Assembly: GCF_003334785.1 (NCBI RefSeq)
Contig: NZ_QOWV01000006.1
Reading direction: 5' to 3' (one strand)
DNA from: Escherichia coli
GTDB lineage: Bacteria > Pseudomonadota > Gammaproteobacteria > Enterobacterales > Enterobacteriaceae
DNA length: 64,000 nucleotides
A program made the translations under genes and the position numbers. The notes below the pieces were generated by a model. That model was not told where the DNA came from. It made no database searches and saw only the letters and a list, made by a program, of their open reading frames with translations. This document shows, piece by piece, positions 48,610-59,489 of the stretch (its first letter is position 1; the number at the start of each line of letters is the position of its first letter).

Positions 48610-49032
48610 TGTCATACCCTCAATTTGTTTTTTCATTTAACCCCACTGCGGGGCCGTTGAAATAACTATATCCCTGGGAATGGCAGACTTCCGTGAGTGG
48701 TTGGTTTCAGCGTGTAACGATATGTACAAACGCTGAATAAATTACAGCGTTGATAATAACGTATTGTGACTTAAGGGAAATTTAGCTACCAATAATAGTA
48801 GTCTTGATCGGGTTAACTATTTTACTACTTACAAAGCAGTAGAATAACTGCGCATCAGTAATAAATGACACACAGCAAAATGAATCCGTTTATTTGGGTA
48901 CTTATAATCCTGATGACGCTAGACGCGCTGCGGGAATTGGCTGGCGCTTCGTCTATTTTAGGATGGCTATTAACGTTGGTTTGAGCTGGCAATAAGTCCG
49001 GACGGGTATTTACCGCAGTCCGGACTTATTTT

Positions 49033-50286
49033 TCAGGCGTGCAGACGACGATGCAAACGCGTCCCGACCAGCAGAGCAATGACCAGCATCAGAGCAATAA
49101 ATGCGCCGACGCCGTTCCAGCCATAGTTATGCCAGAAAACACCACCCAGCGTCCCGGCAATACTCGACCCCAGATAGTAACTGAACAGATACAGCGAGGA
49201 GGCCTGGCCTTTAGCGCGTTTTGCGCGGGGGCCGATCCAGCTGCTGGCTACTGAGTGGGCTGCGAAGAATCCTGCTGAGAAGAGTAACATTCCGGCAAAG
49301 ATCAGCCACAGCGAGCTGAATAAGGTCATCAGTAAACCAAACAGCATAACCCCCGTCGAAAACAACATCACTGGACCACGCCCATAGCGGGTGGTCATGG
49401 TTCCGGCTTTGGGTGAGCTCCATGTACCGGTCAAATAAGCCAGCGATAATAAGCCAACCACGGCCTGACTGACATGCCAGGGGGAGAGCATCAACCGATA
49501 GCCGATGTAATTAAACAGCGTGACGAACGACCCCATCAGCAAAAAGCCTTCTGCGAACAATAACGGTAATCCCCGGTCACGCCAGTGCAGACGAAAGTTG
49601 ATAAACAACGTCTTAGGGCGCAGCGAAGTCGGGCGAAAATGGCGTGATTCAGGGAGGATTTTCCAGAACATCAACGCCGAGGCCAGCGCGAAACAACCGA
49701 TTGCCGCCAGAGCAATTCGCCAGTTGAAAAAGTCCGTGAAGACACCGCTAATTAAGCGTCCGCTCATGCCGCCAATTGAGTTGCCGCTGATATACAACCC
49801 CATTGAAAAGGCCACGAAACTGGGATGGATTTCCTCGCTAAGATAAGTCATGCCAACAGCTGCCACGCCACTTAACGAAAGCCCAATCAAGGCGCGCATA
49901 ATCAAAATGCCGTGCCAGCTGGTCATCATTGTCGAAAGTAACGTACAAATGGAGGCCAACAGTAGCGCCGTGACCATCACTGGTTTGCGACCAATGGCAT
50001 CGGATAGCGGGCCAGTAAACAGCAAACCAATAGCCAACATCGCCGTGGAAATGGACAGTGAAATACTACTGTTCGCGGGGGTTAAGCCAAACTCCTGCGA
50101 AAGCACCGGAAGGATAGGCTGCACACAATAGAGAAGTGCAAATGTTGCCAGTCCGGCAGAGAACAGCGCCAGGGTGACGCGCATAAATTGCGGCGTACCG
50201 CGTTTAATAAATTGATTTGGCTGAGAAATGCTTTGCTTGTCAGTGTCGCTTGCCGGAGCGCCATCAACAGTTGTAGTACGGCTCAC
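49033..50286 (-). CDS. ynfM: MFS transporter YnfM
   Basis: 417-aa 12-TM ORF. Confidence 0.88.
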   Translation of the reverse strand: MSRTTTVDGAPASDTDKQSISQPNQFIKRGTPQFMRVTLALFSAGLATFALLYCVQPILPVLSQEFGLTPANSSISLSISTAMLAIGLLFTGPLSDAIGRKPVMVTALLLASICTLLSTMMTSWHGILIMRALIGLSLSGVAAVGMTYLSEEIHPSFVAFSMGLYISGNSIGGMSGRLISGVFTDFFNWRIALAAIGCFALASALMFWKILPESRHFRPTSLRPKTLFINFRLHWRDRGLPLLFAEGFLLMGSFVTLFNYIGYRLMLSPWHVSQAVVGLLSLAYLTGTWSSPKAGTMTTRYGRGPVMLFSTGVMLFGLLMTLFSSLWLIFAGMLLFSAGFFAAHSVASSWIGPRAKRAKGQASSLYLFSYYLGSSIAGTLGGVFWHNYGWNGVGAFIALMLVIALLVGTRLHRRLHA

Positions 50287-50392
50287 TTGAAATCCTTGCT
50301 AAATATGCCTGTAGATCAGGCTTATACATAGGGTAGGAAAATCGAATTGTTCTGTCTAATATATTAATAATCTCAAATAAGATGTTTTAAAT

Positions 50393-51286
50393 ATGAATAT
50401 TGAACTTCGTCATCTGCGTTACTTTGTTGCTGTTGCGGAAGAGCTGCATTTCGGGCGCGCCGCTGCCCGCCTGAATATTTCGCAACCGCCGCTAAGTCAG
50501 CAGATTCAGGCGCTGGAGCAACAAATTGGTGCCCGACTGCTGGCACGAACCAATCGCAGTGTATTGCTGACGGCAGCAGGAAAACAGTTTCTTGCAGATA
50601 GTCGGCAAATCCTGTCTATGGTGGATGACGCTGCCGCTCGCGCTGAAAGGCTGCATCAGGGTGAAGCGGGGGAGTTGCGCATTGGTTTTACTTCGTCGGC
50701 TCCTTTTATTCGGGCGGTGTCCGATACGTTATCGCTGTTTCGCCGTGATTATCCTGATGTCCATTTACAAACCCGCGAAATGAACACTCGCGAGCAAATC
50801 GCTCCGCTCATTGAAGGAACGCTGGATATGGGATTGCTGCGTAACACAGCGTTACCGGAGTCGCTTGAACACGCAGTCATCGTCCATGAACCGCTTATGG
50901 CGATGATCCCGCACGATCATCCCCTGGCAAATAACCCGAATGTAACGCTGGCTGAACTGGCGAAAGAACCCTTTGTCTTTTTTGATCCGCACGTCGGGAC
51001 AGGGCTGTATGACGATATTCTCGGGCTGATGCGACGTTACCATTTGACGCCCGTCATCACTCAGGAGGTGGGCGAGGCAATGACCATCATCGGTCTGGTT
51101 TCCGCCGGTCTGGGTGTTTCAATTTTGCCTGCGTCATTTAAACGTGTTCAGCTCAACGAAATGCGCTGGGTGCCGATTGCTGAAGAGGATGCGGTTTCTG
51201 AAATGTGGTTGGTCTGGCCGAAACATCATGAACAAAGTCCGGCTGCGCGTAACTTTCGTATTCATCTGCTGAATGCTCTCAGGTGA
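50393..51286 (+). CDS. ynfL: LysR-family transcriptional regulator
   Basis: 297-aa ORF with N-terminal HTH (LRYFVAVAEELHFGRAA); divergent from ynfM. Confidence 0.9.
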   Translation: MNIELRHLRYFVAVAEELHFGRAAARLNISQPPLSQQIQALEQQIGARLLARTNRSVLLTAAGKQFLADSRQILSMVDDAAARAERLHQGEAGELRIGFTSSAPFIRAVSDTLSLFRRDYPDVHLQTREMNTREQIAPLIEGTLDMGLLRNTALPESLEHAVIVHEPLMAMIPHDHPLANNPNVTLAELAKEPFVFFDPHVGTGLYDDILGLMRRYHLTPVITQEVGEAMTIIGLVSAGLGVSILPASFKRVQLNEMRWVPIAEEDAVSEMWLVWPKHHEQSPAARNFRIHLLNALR

Positions 51287-51386
51287 GGGAAATTTCAGCG
51301 AAAAAGCCCGAAAAATGTGCTGTTAATCACATGCCTAAGTAAAAATTTGACGACACGTATTGAAGTGCTTCACCATAGCCTACAGA

Positions 51387-51407
51387 TTATTTCGGAGCGC
51401 GAAAATA
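51387..51407. promoter_or_regulatory. Candidate Mlc/NagC-type operator (TTATTTCGGAGCGCGAAAATA)
   Basis: AT-arm / GC-core dyad 14 bp upstream of the mlc start; mlc is autoregulated. Confidence 0.45.
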
Positions 51408-51420
51408 TAGGGAGTATGCG

Positions 51421-52641
51421 GTGGTTGCTGAAAACCAGCCTGGGCACATTGATCAAATAAAGCAGACCAACGCGGGCGCGGTTTATCGCCTGATTGATCA
51501 GCTTGGTCCAGTCTCGCGTATCGATCTTTCCCGTCTGGCGCAACTGGCTCCTGCCAGTATCACTAAAATTGTCCGTGAGATGCTCGAAGCACACCTGGTG
51601 CAAGAGCTGGAAATCAAAGAAGCGGGGAACCGTGGCCGTCCGGCGGTGGGGCTGGTGGTTGAAACTGAAGCCTGGCACTATCTTTCTCTGCGCATTAGTC
51701 GCGGGGAGATTTTCCTTGCTCTGCGCGATCTGAGCAGCAAACTGGTGGTGGAAGAGTCGCAGGAACTGGCGTTAAAAGATGACTTGCCATTGCTGGATCG
51801 TATTATTTCCCATATCGATCAGTTTTTTATCCGCCACCAGAAAAAACTTGAGCGTCTAACTTCGATTGCCATAACCTTGCCGGGAATTATTGATACGGAA
51901 AATGGTATTGTACATCGCATGCCGTTCTACGAGGATGTAAAAGAGATGCCGCTCGGCGAGGCGCTGGAGCAGCATACCGGCGTTCCGGTTTATATTCAGC
52001 ATGATATCAGCGCATGGACGATGGCAGAGGCCTTGTTTGGTGCCTCACGCGGGGCGCGCGATGTGATTCAGGTGGTTATCGATCACAACGTGGGGGCGGG
52101 CGTCATTACCGATGGTCATCTGCTACACGCAGGCAGCAGTAGTCTCGTGGAAATAGGCCACACACAGGTCGACCCGTATGGGAAACGCTGTTATTGCGGG
52201 AATCACGGCTGCCTCGAAACCATCGCCAGCGTGGACAGTATTCTTGAGCTGGCACAGCTGCGTCTTAATCAATCCATGAGCTCGATGTTACATGGACAAC
52301 CGTTAACCGTGGACTCATTGTGTCAGGCGGCATTGCGCGGCGATCTACTGGCAAAAGACATCATTACCGGGGTGGGCGCGCATGTCGGGCGCATTCTTGC
52401 CATCATGGTGAATTTATTTAACCCACAAAAAATACTGATTGGCTCACCGTTAAGTAAAGCGGCAGATATCCTCTTCCCGGTCATCTCAGACAGCATCCGT
52501 CAGCAGGCCCTTCCTGCGTATAGTCAGCACATCAGCGTTGAGAGTACTCAGTTTTCTAACCAGGGCACGATGGCAGGCGCTGCACTGGTAAAAGACGCGA
52601 TGTATAACGGTTCTTTGTTGATTCGTCTGTTGCAGGGTTAA
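51421..52641 (+). CDS. mlc: ROK-family global regulator Mlc (DgsA)
   Basis: 406-aa ORF initiating at GTG; recognised Mlc. Confidence 0.95.
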   Translation: MVAENQPGHIDQIKQTNAGAVYRLIDQLGPVSRIDLSRLAQLAPASITKIVREMLEAHLVQELEIKEAGNRGRPAVGLVVETEAWHYLSLRISRGEIFLALRDLSSKLVVEESQELALKDDLPLLDRIISHIDQFFIRHQKKLERLTSIAITLPGIIDTENGIVHRMPFYEDVKEMPLGEALEQHTGVPVYIQHDISAWTMAEALFGASRGARDVIQVVIDHNVGAGVITDGHLLHAGSSSLVEIGHTQVDPYGKRCYCGNHGCLETIASVDSILELAQLRLNQSMSSMLHGQPLTVDSLCQAALRGDLLAKDIITGVGAHVGRILAIMVNLFNPQKILIGSPLSKAADILFPVISDSIRQQALPAYSQHISVESTQFSNQGTMAGAALVKDAMYNGSLLIRLLQG

Positions 52642-52765
52642 CATTTTTTAACTGTTCTACCAAAATTTGCGCTATCTCAATTTGGGCCAGGAAAGCATAA
52701 CTTAGACTTTCAAGGTTAATTATTTTCCTGGTTTATATTTGTGAAGCATAACGGTGGAGTTAGTG

Positions 52766-53461
52766 ATGCTGAAGCGTTTCTTTATTACCGGTACAGACAC
52801 TTCTGTAGGGAAAACGGTGGTTTCCCGCGCATTGCTACAAGCGTTAGCCTCCCAGGGAAAAACGGTTGCGGGATATAAACCCGTAGCGAAGGGGAGCAAA
52901 GAGACACCCGAAGGGCTGCGTAATAAAGATGCCCTGGTGTTGCAGAGTGTTTCAACCATCGAACTGCCTTATGAAGCAGTTAATCCTATCGCGTTAAGCG
53001 AAGAAGAAAGTAGCGTGGCGCACAGTTGCCCAATCAATTACACCCTCATTTCAAACGGCCTGGCAAACCTGACCGAAAAAGTCGATCATGTCGTGGTAGA
53101 AGGGACTGGCGGCTGGCGCAGTCTGATGAATGATTTGCGTCCACTCTCTGAATGGGTAGTGCAGGAACAACTGCCGGTGTTGATGGTTGTCGGTATTCAG
53201 GAAGGTTGCATTAACCATGCACTGCTAACAGCTCAGGCGATCGCCAACGACGGGCTGCCGCTCATTGGCTGGGTGGCTAACCGAATCAACCCAGGACTGG
53301 CGCATTATGCGGAAATCATTGATGTGCTGGGTAAAAAACTTCCGGCACCGCTCATTGGTGAACTGCCTTATCTGCCGCGCGCCGAACAGCGTGAACTGGG
53401 GCAATACATCCGCTTAGCTATGCTGCGCAGTGTGCTGGCGGTAGATAGAGTCACGGTGTAA
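52766..53461 (+). CDS. ynfK: Dethiobiotin synthetase paralog (BioD2)
   Basis: 231 aa from [17 protein letters not shown] (P-loop). Confidence 0.9.
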
Positions 53462-54670
53462 CGTCCGCGAAATTACCGACGCAATTACGCAGGCAATCAA
53501 TAAACCGGGGAGTAGCTGATACTCCCCGGTCATTTCACATATCATCAACGTCGACATAATCGGCGCGTGCGTGGTCGCCGCCAACAGTGTCGCCATCCCG
53601 GTCAATCCGAGTAAAAGTGTAATTTCTTCGCCATCAGGGAACCATAATCCCAGGCTACGACCATACAACATGCCAATGGCAAGACCGATAAATAGCGTCG
53701 GTGTAAAGACCCCACCGGGTGCGCCGGAACCGCTACTCGCCAGCACGGCACACAGTTTACAAAGGAAGATCCCGGCAATGATCATTAACAGTGGTGGGGC
53801 GGTTAAAAAGGATTGTACGGTGCTATAGCCGTTGCCCCACACTGCAGGTGTGAACAGGGAAAGCAGACCCACGATCAACCCGCCTAGTGCCAGTTGCCAG
53901 GGCGGCGCAAGTTTGAGACTCACAAATCCACGATGACAGGCGTTCATTAACGTTAACAACAGTGGTCCGCACAGACCTGCCAGCACACCTGTACTGATAA
54001 TCAGCGCATAGTCACGAGCCTGAACCGTCACTGAGAGTTGTACGTTGTAGAGTAACGCGTCGCTATGATTAATCAGATTGCTAACCAGCAATGCCACGAC
54101 GGCGGAAATAATCACCGGGCCGAGAGAGGCCAACATCATAGTGCCAAACAGCACTTCGGCTATAAATAAACTGCCAGCAAGCGGGGCACGATAGGCCGCA
54201 GCCATTCCCGCCGCGGCCCCACAGGCGATCCATAATTTCCACTCCTGGCGTGGCGTAAAACGTTGGGCAAAACAGGAGGCGGCAAGGGCAGCTTAAAGAA
54301 TCATCGCACCTTCGCGACCAATTGCACTGCCGCTGGTTACTACCAGCAGAGAGGCAAGCGATTTAACCAGGCTTGCTGCGTAATCGAACTGTCCATCGGT
54401 TTGCAACGCTTCCATATAATCGGTCGGCGCATGAGGGCGTTGTTGGGTAAATTTCTGCCAGCCCATCAGCAACAAACCCGCCGCCAGTCCGCCGAGCGCC
54501 GGAGTTAGCAACCGTCGCCAGGGGGAAAGGTTTGTCGCTGCATTGACCAGACTGCCGGAGTCATTATTGAGGAACAACCACTCCAGTAGCAGCATCGCAT
54601 GACGAAACCCGGCAACGGCAAAGGCCGCGAGAATACCGACGACTGTTGCGATAAGCAGACGGCGGAACAT
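53414..54670 (-). pseudogene. clcB: CLC-family Cl-/H+ transporter ClcB, interrupted by an in-frame TAA at 54293-54295
   Basis: Track ORFs 54293-54730 and 53414-54205 share a frame; read-through from MFRRLL to the terminal HS gives exactly 418 codons with a GREG motif just upstream of the stop. Confidence 0.6.
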
Positions 54671-54864
54671 AGTGCGCAGATCCGGATAGATGTGTAGATG
54701 ATGCATGAGCAGAAATGGGCAATGAAACACGGGCGACTATTTTGCGGCAAAAGAGGCCAGCCGCAAAAGCAGTGCGTGCTTTAAGAGATAAAAAAACGTG
54801 ACACTGTAACCTATTATTGCCGGATTGCGCGTAATCGTCACCATCCGGCAATATTACGGTGATC

Positions 54865-55479
54865 CTATCGAAACAGCGGTTTAACCGCGACAGGAATTAA
54901 CAGTTGTGATTGCCATTGCGCCAGCGTTAAGCGAGCCAGTTCACCCAGTGCACGGTAGAAAGGGTGTTCTGCTTTTTCGATAAAAACATCAAGAAAACGT
55001 GTTGACCACGGAAAAAGGTGCCATGCCAGCAATTCTTCGCATTCTGTCTGGCGACCATTCTCCGCCAACCACGCAGCCATCAACAGCAGTGAACCAAAAT
55101 GATCTTCCGGTTCGTTTTGCTTCATTTCAAACTGAATGCCTTTCTCGCGCATCCACTGACGAAGTGCCAATGTTGAATCGCCAAACAGCACAGATTCGCG
55201 ATCCAGCCAGACCGACCCCCACGGCGGAGACGGCAGTGCCCACGGGCCGACAAACAAACGCTGCCAGGCCTGGGCGTGAGTCTCTTCACACTGTGTCTGA
55301 AAAGCCGTCACCAGCGGCGCTAATGACGCTTCTGGTAGAGGCCACTGAGTTTCCCAGCCGTCACTGGTGAGTACCGCAACCAGAGGTGCGGCTTCCGCAC
55401 TCTCTGGAGCGTAATAAAACAGCGCGCCCAACACGCGCGCCGCGACAGAAAAATTATCTTGCTGTGAAAAATGGGTCAT
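54865..55479 (-). CDS. dmsD: Tat proofreading chaperone DmsD
   Basis: 204 aa from MTHFSQQDNFSVAARVLGALFYY. Confidence 0.9.
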   Translation of the reverse strand: MTHFSQQDNFSVAARVLGALFYYAPESAEAAPLVAVLTSDGWETQWPLPEASLAPLVTAFQTQCEETHAQAWQRLFVGPWALPSPPWGSVWLDRESVLFGDSTLALRQWMREKGIQFEMKQNEPEDHFGSLLLMAAWLAENGRQTECEELLAWHLFPWSTRFLDVFIEKAEHPFYRALGELARLTLAQWQSQLLIPVAVKPLFR

Positions 55480-55521
55480 TCCTAACATCCTGAAATGTGC
55501 GGGTTGCCCCGCACCAATTTG

Positions 55522-56376
55522 TTAACCTGCAATAGCCATTCCTACTGTCATGTGCAGGCCATAAAAGAGCACACGCCCGATCATCTCACCGCCAAGTATG
55601 AGGATTAGCCCCAGAATAAGTCCGGCAACGTGAGGTTCACGGCGACGAATGAGCGGGCAAAGCCAGCATCCAAGACCTGCGCATAACAATACCACACGCC
55701 AGACCTGTAAGGAGGCGTAATCTGGTACCAGTGCGCTGGCTTGTTGCACGGATGAGTGAATAGACGCCAGAGACAAACCTTGCAGCACAATCACCCCGGC
55801 ACAAGCGATCAGCGCCAGAACGCTAATGATGGCAAATGGTGTGGTATTAAATGTAACGCGAGCTGCCCGCAGAATTGCGGCAGCAAGTATTGGACCGCTC
55901 AACAATACCGTCAGGAAGAAAGCCAGCGTAGTGTAACCGTTATGCCAGGTTGGCACGGTGTCGATTTGATACACGCAGGTCATCATCCAGACGAAAATGA
56001 CGCCGAGCGCCATGCTGAAAAGTAACCAGAGTTTCCCCAACGCTTGCGGCATTTTACCGATGACTGCCACCAGCCACCATAATCCGCCAACGGCAAAAAA
56101 TATGGAACCGGCAGCAATCTCGTTACTCAGACCAGAAGCTCCGATTCGATTCAGCGAGTTAAACGCCCGCAGTGGCGATCCCAGGTGCATGACAGAGGCA
56201 ATAAACCCGACGCCCATCAACAGCCAGAGGAAAAACATGCCACGGACAATACGCTGACGGTCTGCGTCATTTTTGGCGGCGAACCAGCCAATTCCGCTAA
56301 CAATCAGCGCGCCTACTACGCATTGACCCAATACGGTAAAGATAACCAGTGGCCACTCATGCCATCCATTTCCCAT
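55522..56376 (-). CDS. ynfH: DmsC-type membrane anchor subunit
   Basis: 284 aa from MGNGWHEWPLVIF; the track ORF extends 80 codons upstream. Confidence 0.88.
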   Translation of the reverse strand: MGNGWHEWPLVIFTVLGQCVVGALIVSGIGWFAAKNDADRQRIVRGMFFLWLLMGVGFIASVMHLGSPLRAFNSLNRIGASGLSNEIAAGSIFFAVGGLWWLVAVIGKMPQALGKLWLLFSMALGVIFVWMMTCVYQIDTVPTWHNGYTTLAFFLTVLLSGPILAAAILRAARVTFNTTPFAIISVLALIACAGVIVLQGLSLASIHSSVQQASALVPDYASLQVWRVVLLCAGLGCWLCPLIRRREPHVAGLILGLILILGGEMIGRVLFYGLHMTVGMAIAG

Positions 56377-56377
56377 T

Positions 56378-56995
56378 TTACACTTCCTCCGGATTAGCCA
56401 GATAACCAGTGGTATCGCCGGTCGGGCGGCTGTTGGCGTTAGGTTTGATAACGATATTGGGTTTTGTGAAATGCGCGCGCGGCAGTGGCGCGACGGCAGC
56501 AAGAGTGCCGTGCTTCTGGCGCAGCTCTTCAATTGGACCGAACTCAAGTGCACGCAGCGGGCAGGATTCGACACATATGGGTTGTTTCCCCTCGGCGACG
56601 CGCGAATAACAACCATCGCACTTCGTCATGTGCCCTTTTTCAGCATTGTACTGTGGCGCGCCGTACGGACAAGCCATGTGGCAGTAGCGGCAGCCGATAC
56701 AAACATCTTCATCAACCACCACAAAGCCATCTTCACGCTTATGCATTGCGCCGCTGGGGCAGACTTTTGTACATGCGGGGTCATCGCAATGGTTACAGGA
56801 GATGGAGAGATAATAAGCGAACACGTTCTGGTGCCAGACGCCATTATCTTCCTGCCAGTCGCCGCCAGCGTATTCATAAATACGGCGGAAACTGACTTCC
56901 GGGCCAAGATCTTTAAAATCTTTGCACGCCAGTTCGCAGGTTTTACAGCCAGTACAGCGGCTGGAATCGATAAAAAATCCATATTGTGTGGTCAT
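56378..56995 (-). CDS. ynfG: DmsB-type four-cluster Fe-S subunit
   Basis: 205-aa ORF with four CxxCxxCxxxCP-type motifs. Confidence 0.92.
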   Translation of the reverse strand: MTTQYGFFIDSSRCTGCKTCELACKDFKDLGPEVSFRRIYEYAGGDWQEDNGVWHQNVFAYYLSISCNHCDDPACTKVCPSGAMHKREDGFVVVDEDVCIGCRYCHMACPYGAPQYNAEKGHMTKCDGCYSRVAEGKQPICVESCPLRALEFGPIEELRQKHGTLAAVAPLPRAHFTKPNIVIKPNANSRPTGDTTGYLANPEEV

Positions 56996-57005
56996 GGGCT
57001 ACTCC

Positions 57006-59429
57006 TTAAACCTTTTCGATCTGGACAAGATTGCTGTGCGACGGGTTTCCCTTTGCCAGCGGTGAAGGGCGGTGAGAGGTCAGAATATTGATACTGCCGC
57101 CGTGATCGACCCGGTCACCAAACATATCCGCTTTAAGCCACGCACCTTGCCCGATGGCGGTAACGCCAGGCAGAATACGCGGAGTCACTTTTGCGGCAAT
57201 CAGCATTTCTCCATTATTGTTAAATACCCGCACGGTATCGCCATGACGGATACCGCGTGCCTGAGCATCAATGGGGTTGATCCACACCTCTTGTGGGCAG
57301 GCCTGCTGTAACACATCAATATTGCCGTAGCTGGAGTGGGTACGCGCTTTGTAATGGAAGCCCGTTAACTGCAGTGGATAGGTTTTCCGCAGGGGATCGT
57401 CCCAGCCATCAAAACCTGGGGTATACGCAGGAAGGGGATGAATAATTTCATCTTTTTTCAATTCCCAGGTATCTGCAATCTTCGCCAGTCGTTCAGAATA
57501 AATTTCGATTTTCCCCGAAGGTGTTTTCAACGGGTTTGCCTGTGGATCTTCACGGAATGCGCGGAAAGCGACGTAGTGTTCTTCCGGGCATTTTTTCTTA
57601 AAGATCCCGGTCGTTTTCATCTCCTCGTAGTCGGGCATCTCAGGGTTACGTTCCTTCGTTTTCGCATGGAGATATTTGATCCATTCATGCTGACTGCGAC
57701 CTTCAGTAAAGGTTTGATAAACGTCTGGTCCTAAGCGTTTGGCGACTTCACTCAGCATCCAGTAGATGGGTTTGCGTTCAAATTTTGCTGAGGTTGCGGG
57801 TTGGGCGAGGATCACATAGCCCATATTCCCTGCAGATTCATGAGAGATAAGGTCTTCTTGCTCTGTTGGCATCAGGTCGGGCAACAGGATATCGCAATAC
57901 TTAGCCGAGGCCGTCATGAAGTGGTCAATGCCAACAATCATCTCGCACTTGCTGTCATCCTGAAGCACCTCATGGGTGTGATTGATGTCGCCATGTTGAT
58001 TGATCAATGTGTTACTGGCGTAGCACCATAAAAACTTGATGGGGACATCCAGTTTTTCTTTTCCACGAACACCATCACGGGTCGCGGTCATTTCCGTACC
58101 ATGGTCGATGGCATCTGTCCATGTAAAGACGGAAATCTGCGTTTTAACAGGATTCTCGAGCATCGGGAACCATTCTACCCCCAGATCCCAGCTACCTTCG
58201 CGTACGCCTGAGTTGCCGCCGTTTATGCCGACGTTGCCGGTGAGAACGGAAAGCATGGCAATAGCGCGGGATGTTTGCTCGCCGTTGGAATGTCGTTGTG
58301 GCCCCCAACCCTGACAAATATAAGCAGGTTTTGCTGAACCGATCTCTCGTGCCAACTGGATAATTTTTTCTGCCGGGATGCTGGTGATTTTTGCTGCCCA
58401 TTCCGGCGTTTTAGCTATGCCGTCAGGCCCTTCGCCCAGAATATAGGCTTTATAATGCGCGTTACGTGGTGCGTTGGCGGGCAGCGTTTTTTCATCGTAA
58501 CCAACACAATATTTGTCGAGAAATGGCTGATCGACCATGTTTTCAGTAATCAGTACCCAGGCAATCGCACAGGCCAGTGCGCCATCGGTGCCAGGGCGAA
58601 TGGGCAGCCATTCATCTTCACGCCCGGCAGCAGTGTCGTTATAACGTGGATCGATGACGATCATGCGTGCGTTTGAACGTTCGCGGGCTTGCTCGACGTA
58701 GTAAGTGACACCACCGCCGCTCATCCGCGTTTCTGCCGGGTTATTTCCGAACATAACGACCAGTTTCGTATTGGCGATATCATCCGGGCTGTTGCCATCA
58801 TTGGCACCGAACATATAACTCATTGCGGCACTGATCTGTGCGGTACTGTAGCTGCCATAGCGACTGAGAAAACCACCGCAAGAGTTCATCAGACGGTACG
58901 GGACGTTTGAGTTGGTGATGTTTCCGCCATCTACGCCTGTTCCGTACAGGACATGTACAGCCTCATTGCCGTAATCTTTCAGGATCCGCCGAAGATTATC
59001 ACTGATGGTATCCAGGGCTTCGTCCCAACTTATCCGTTCAAATTTACCTTCACCGCGCTTGCCGACGCGCTTCATGGGATATTTCAACCTATCAGGATGA
59101 TTCATCCGTCGGCGGATAGAGCGCCCGCGTAAACACGCTCGAACCTGATGATTACCGTAGACGTCGTCACCTGTCGTATCAGACTCCACCCAGTACACGG
59201 TGTCATCTTTCACATGCAAACGTAACAGACAGCGGCTCCCGCAGTTAACGGTGCAGGAACTCCAGACCGCTTTCTCTTCTACCGGAGCCTCTGCCGCCCG
59301 GACCATTTGGGAAAATGGCAGAGTGAAAGCACTGCTTGCCAGCGCAAGACTGCCAAGTGCGGAGGTTTTCATCAGACTTCTACGGCTGATTTCAGCCTTC
59401 ATGAGCGCCTCTGTGGTATGGATTTTCAT
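57006..59429 (-). CDS. ynfF: Tat-exported molybdopterin oxidoreductase catalytic subunit (DmsA paralog)
   Basis: About 807 aa with twin-arginine signal (SRRSLMK) and N-terminal Cys cluster; start may be one codon earlier (59432). Confidence 0.9.
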   Translation of the reverse strand: MKIHTTEALMKAEISRRSLMKTSALGSLALASSAFTLPFSQMVRAAEAPVEEKAVWSSCTVNCGSRCLLRLHVKDDTVYWVESDTTGDDVYGNHQVRACLRGRSIRRRMNHPDRLKYPMKRVGKRGEGKFERISWDEALDTISDNLRRILKDYGNEAVHVLYGTGVDGGNITNSNVPYRLMNSCGGFLSRYGSYSTAQISAAMSYMFGANDGNSPDDIANTKLVVMFGNNPAETRMSGGGVTYYVEQARERSNARMIVIDPRYNDTAAGREDEWLPIRPGTDGALACAIAWVLITENMVDQPFLDKYCVGYDEKTLPANAPRNAHYKAYILGEGPDGIAKTPEWAAKITSIPAEKIIQLAREIGSAKPAYICQGWGPQRHSNGEQTSRAIAMLSVLTGNVGINGGNSGVREGSWDLGVEWFPMLENPVKTQISVFTWTDAIDHGTEMTATRDGVRGKEKLDVPIKFLWCYASNTLINQHGDINHTHEVLQDDSKCEMIVGIDHFMTASAKYCDILLPDLMPTEQEDLISHESAGNMGYVILAQPATSAKFERKPIYWMLSEVAKRLGPDVYQTFTEGRSQHEWIKYLHAKTKERNPEMPDYEEMKTTGIFKKKCPEEHYVAFRAFREDPQANPLKTPSGKIEIYSERLAKIADTWELKKDEIIHPLPAYTPGFDGWDDPLRKTYPLQLTGFHYKARTHSSYGNIDVLQQACPQEVWINPIDAQARGIRHGDTVRVFNNNGEMLIAAKVTPRILPGVTAIGQGAWLKADMFGDRVDHGGSINILTSHRPSPLAKGNPSHSNLVQIEKV

Positions 59430-59489
59430 CATTACTCACTTATTGCTTTTCAAACAAAATGTCATGCCAGAATTTATGGTTGTCGTGGG

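Noticed and set aside
55522-56616. 364-aa ORF for ynfH
   Set aside because: The 80-codon N-terminal extension overlaps ynfG; the 284-aa product from MGNGWHEW matches the DmsC-type anchor.
56471-57091. 206-aa plus-strand ORF (and 136-aa ORF at 56485-56895)
   Set aside because: Antisense to ynfG.
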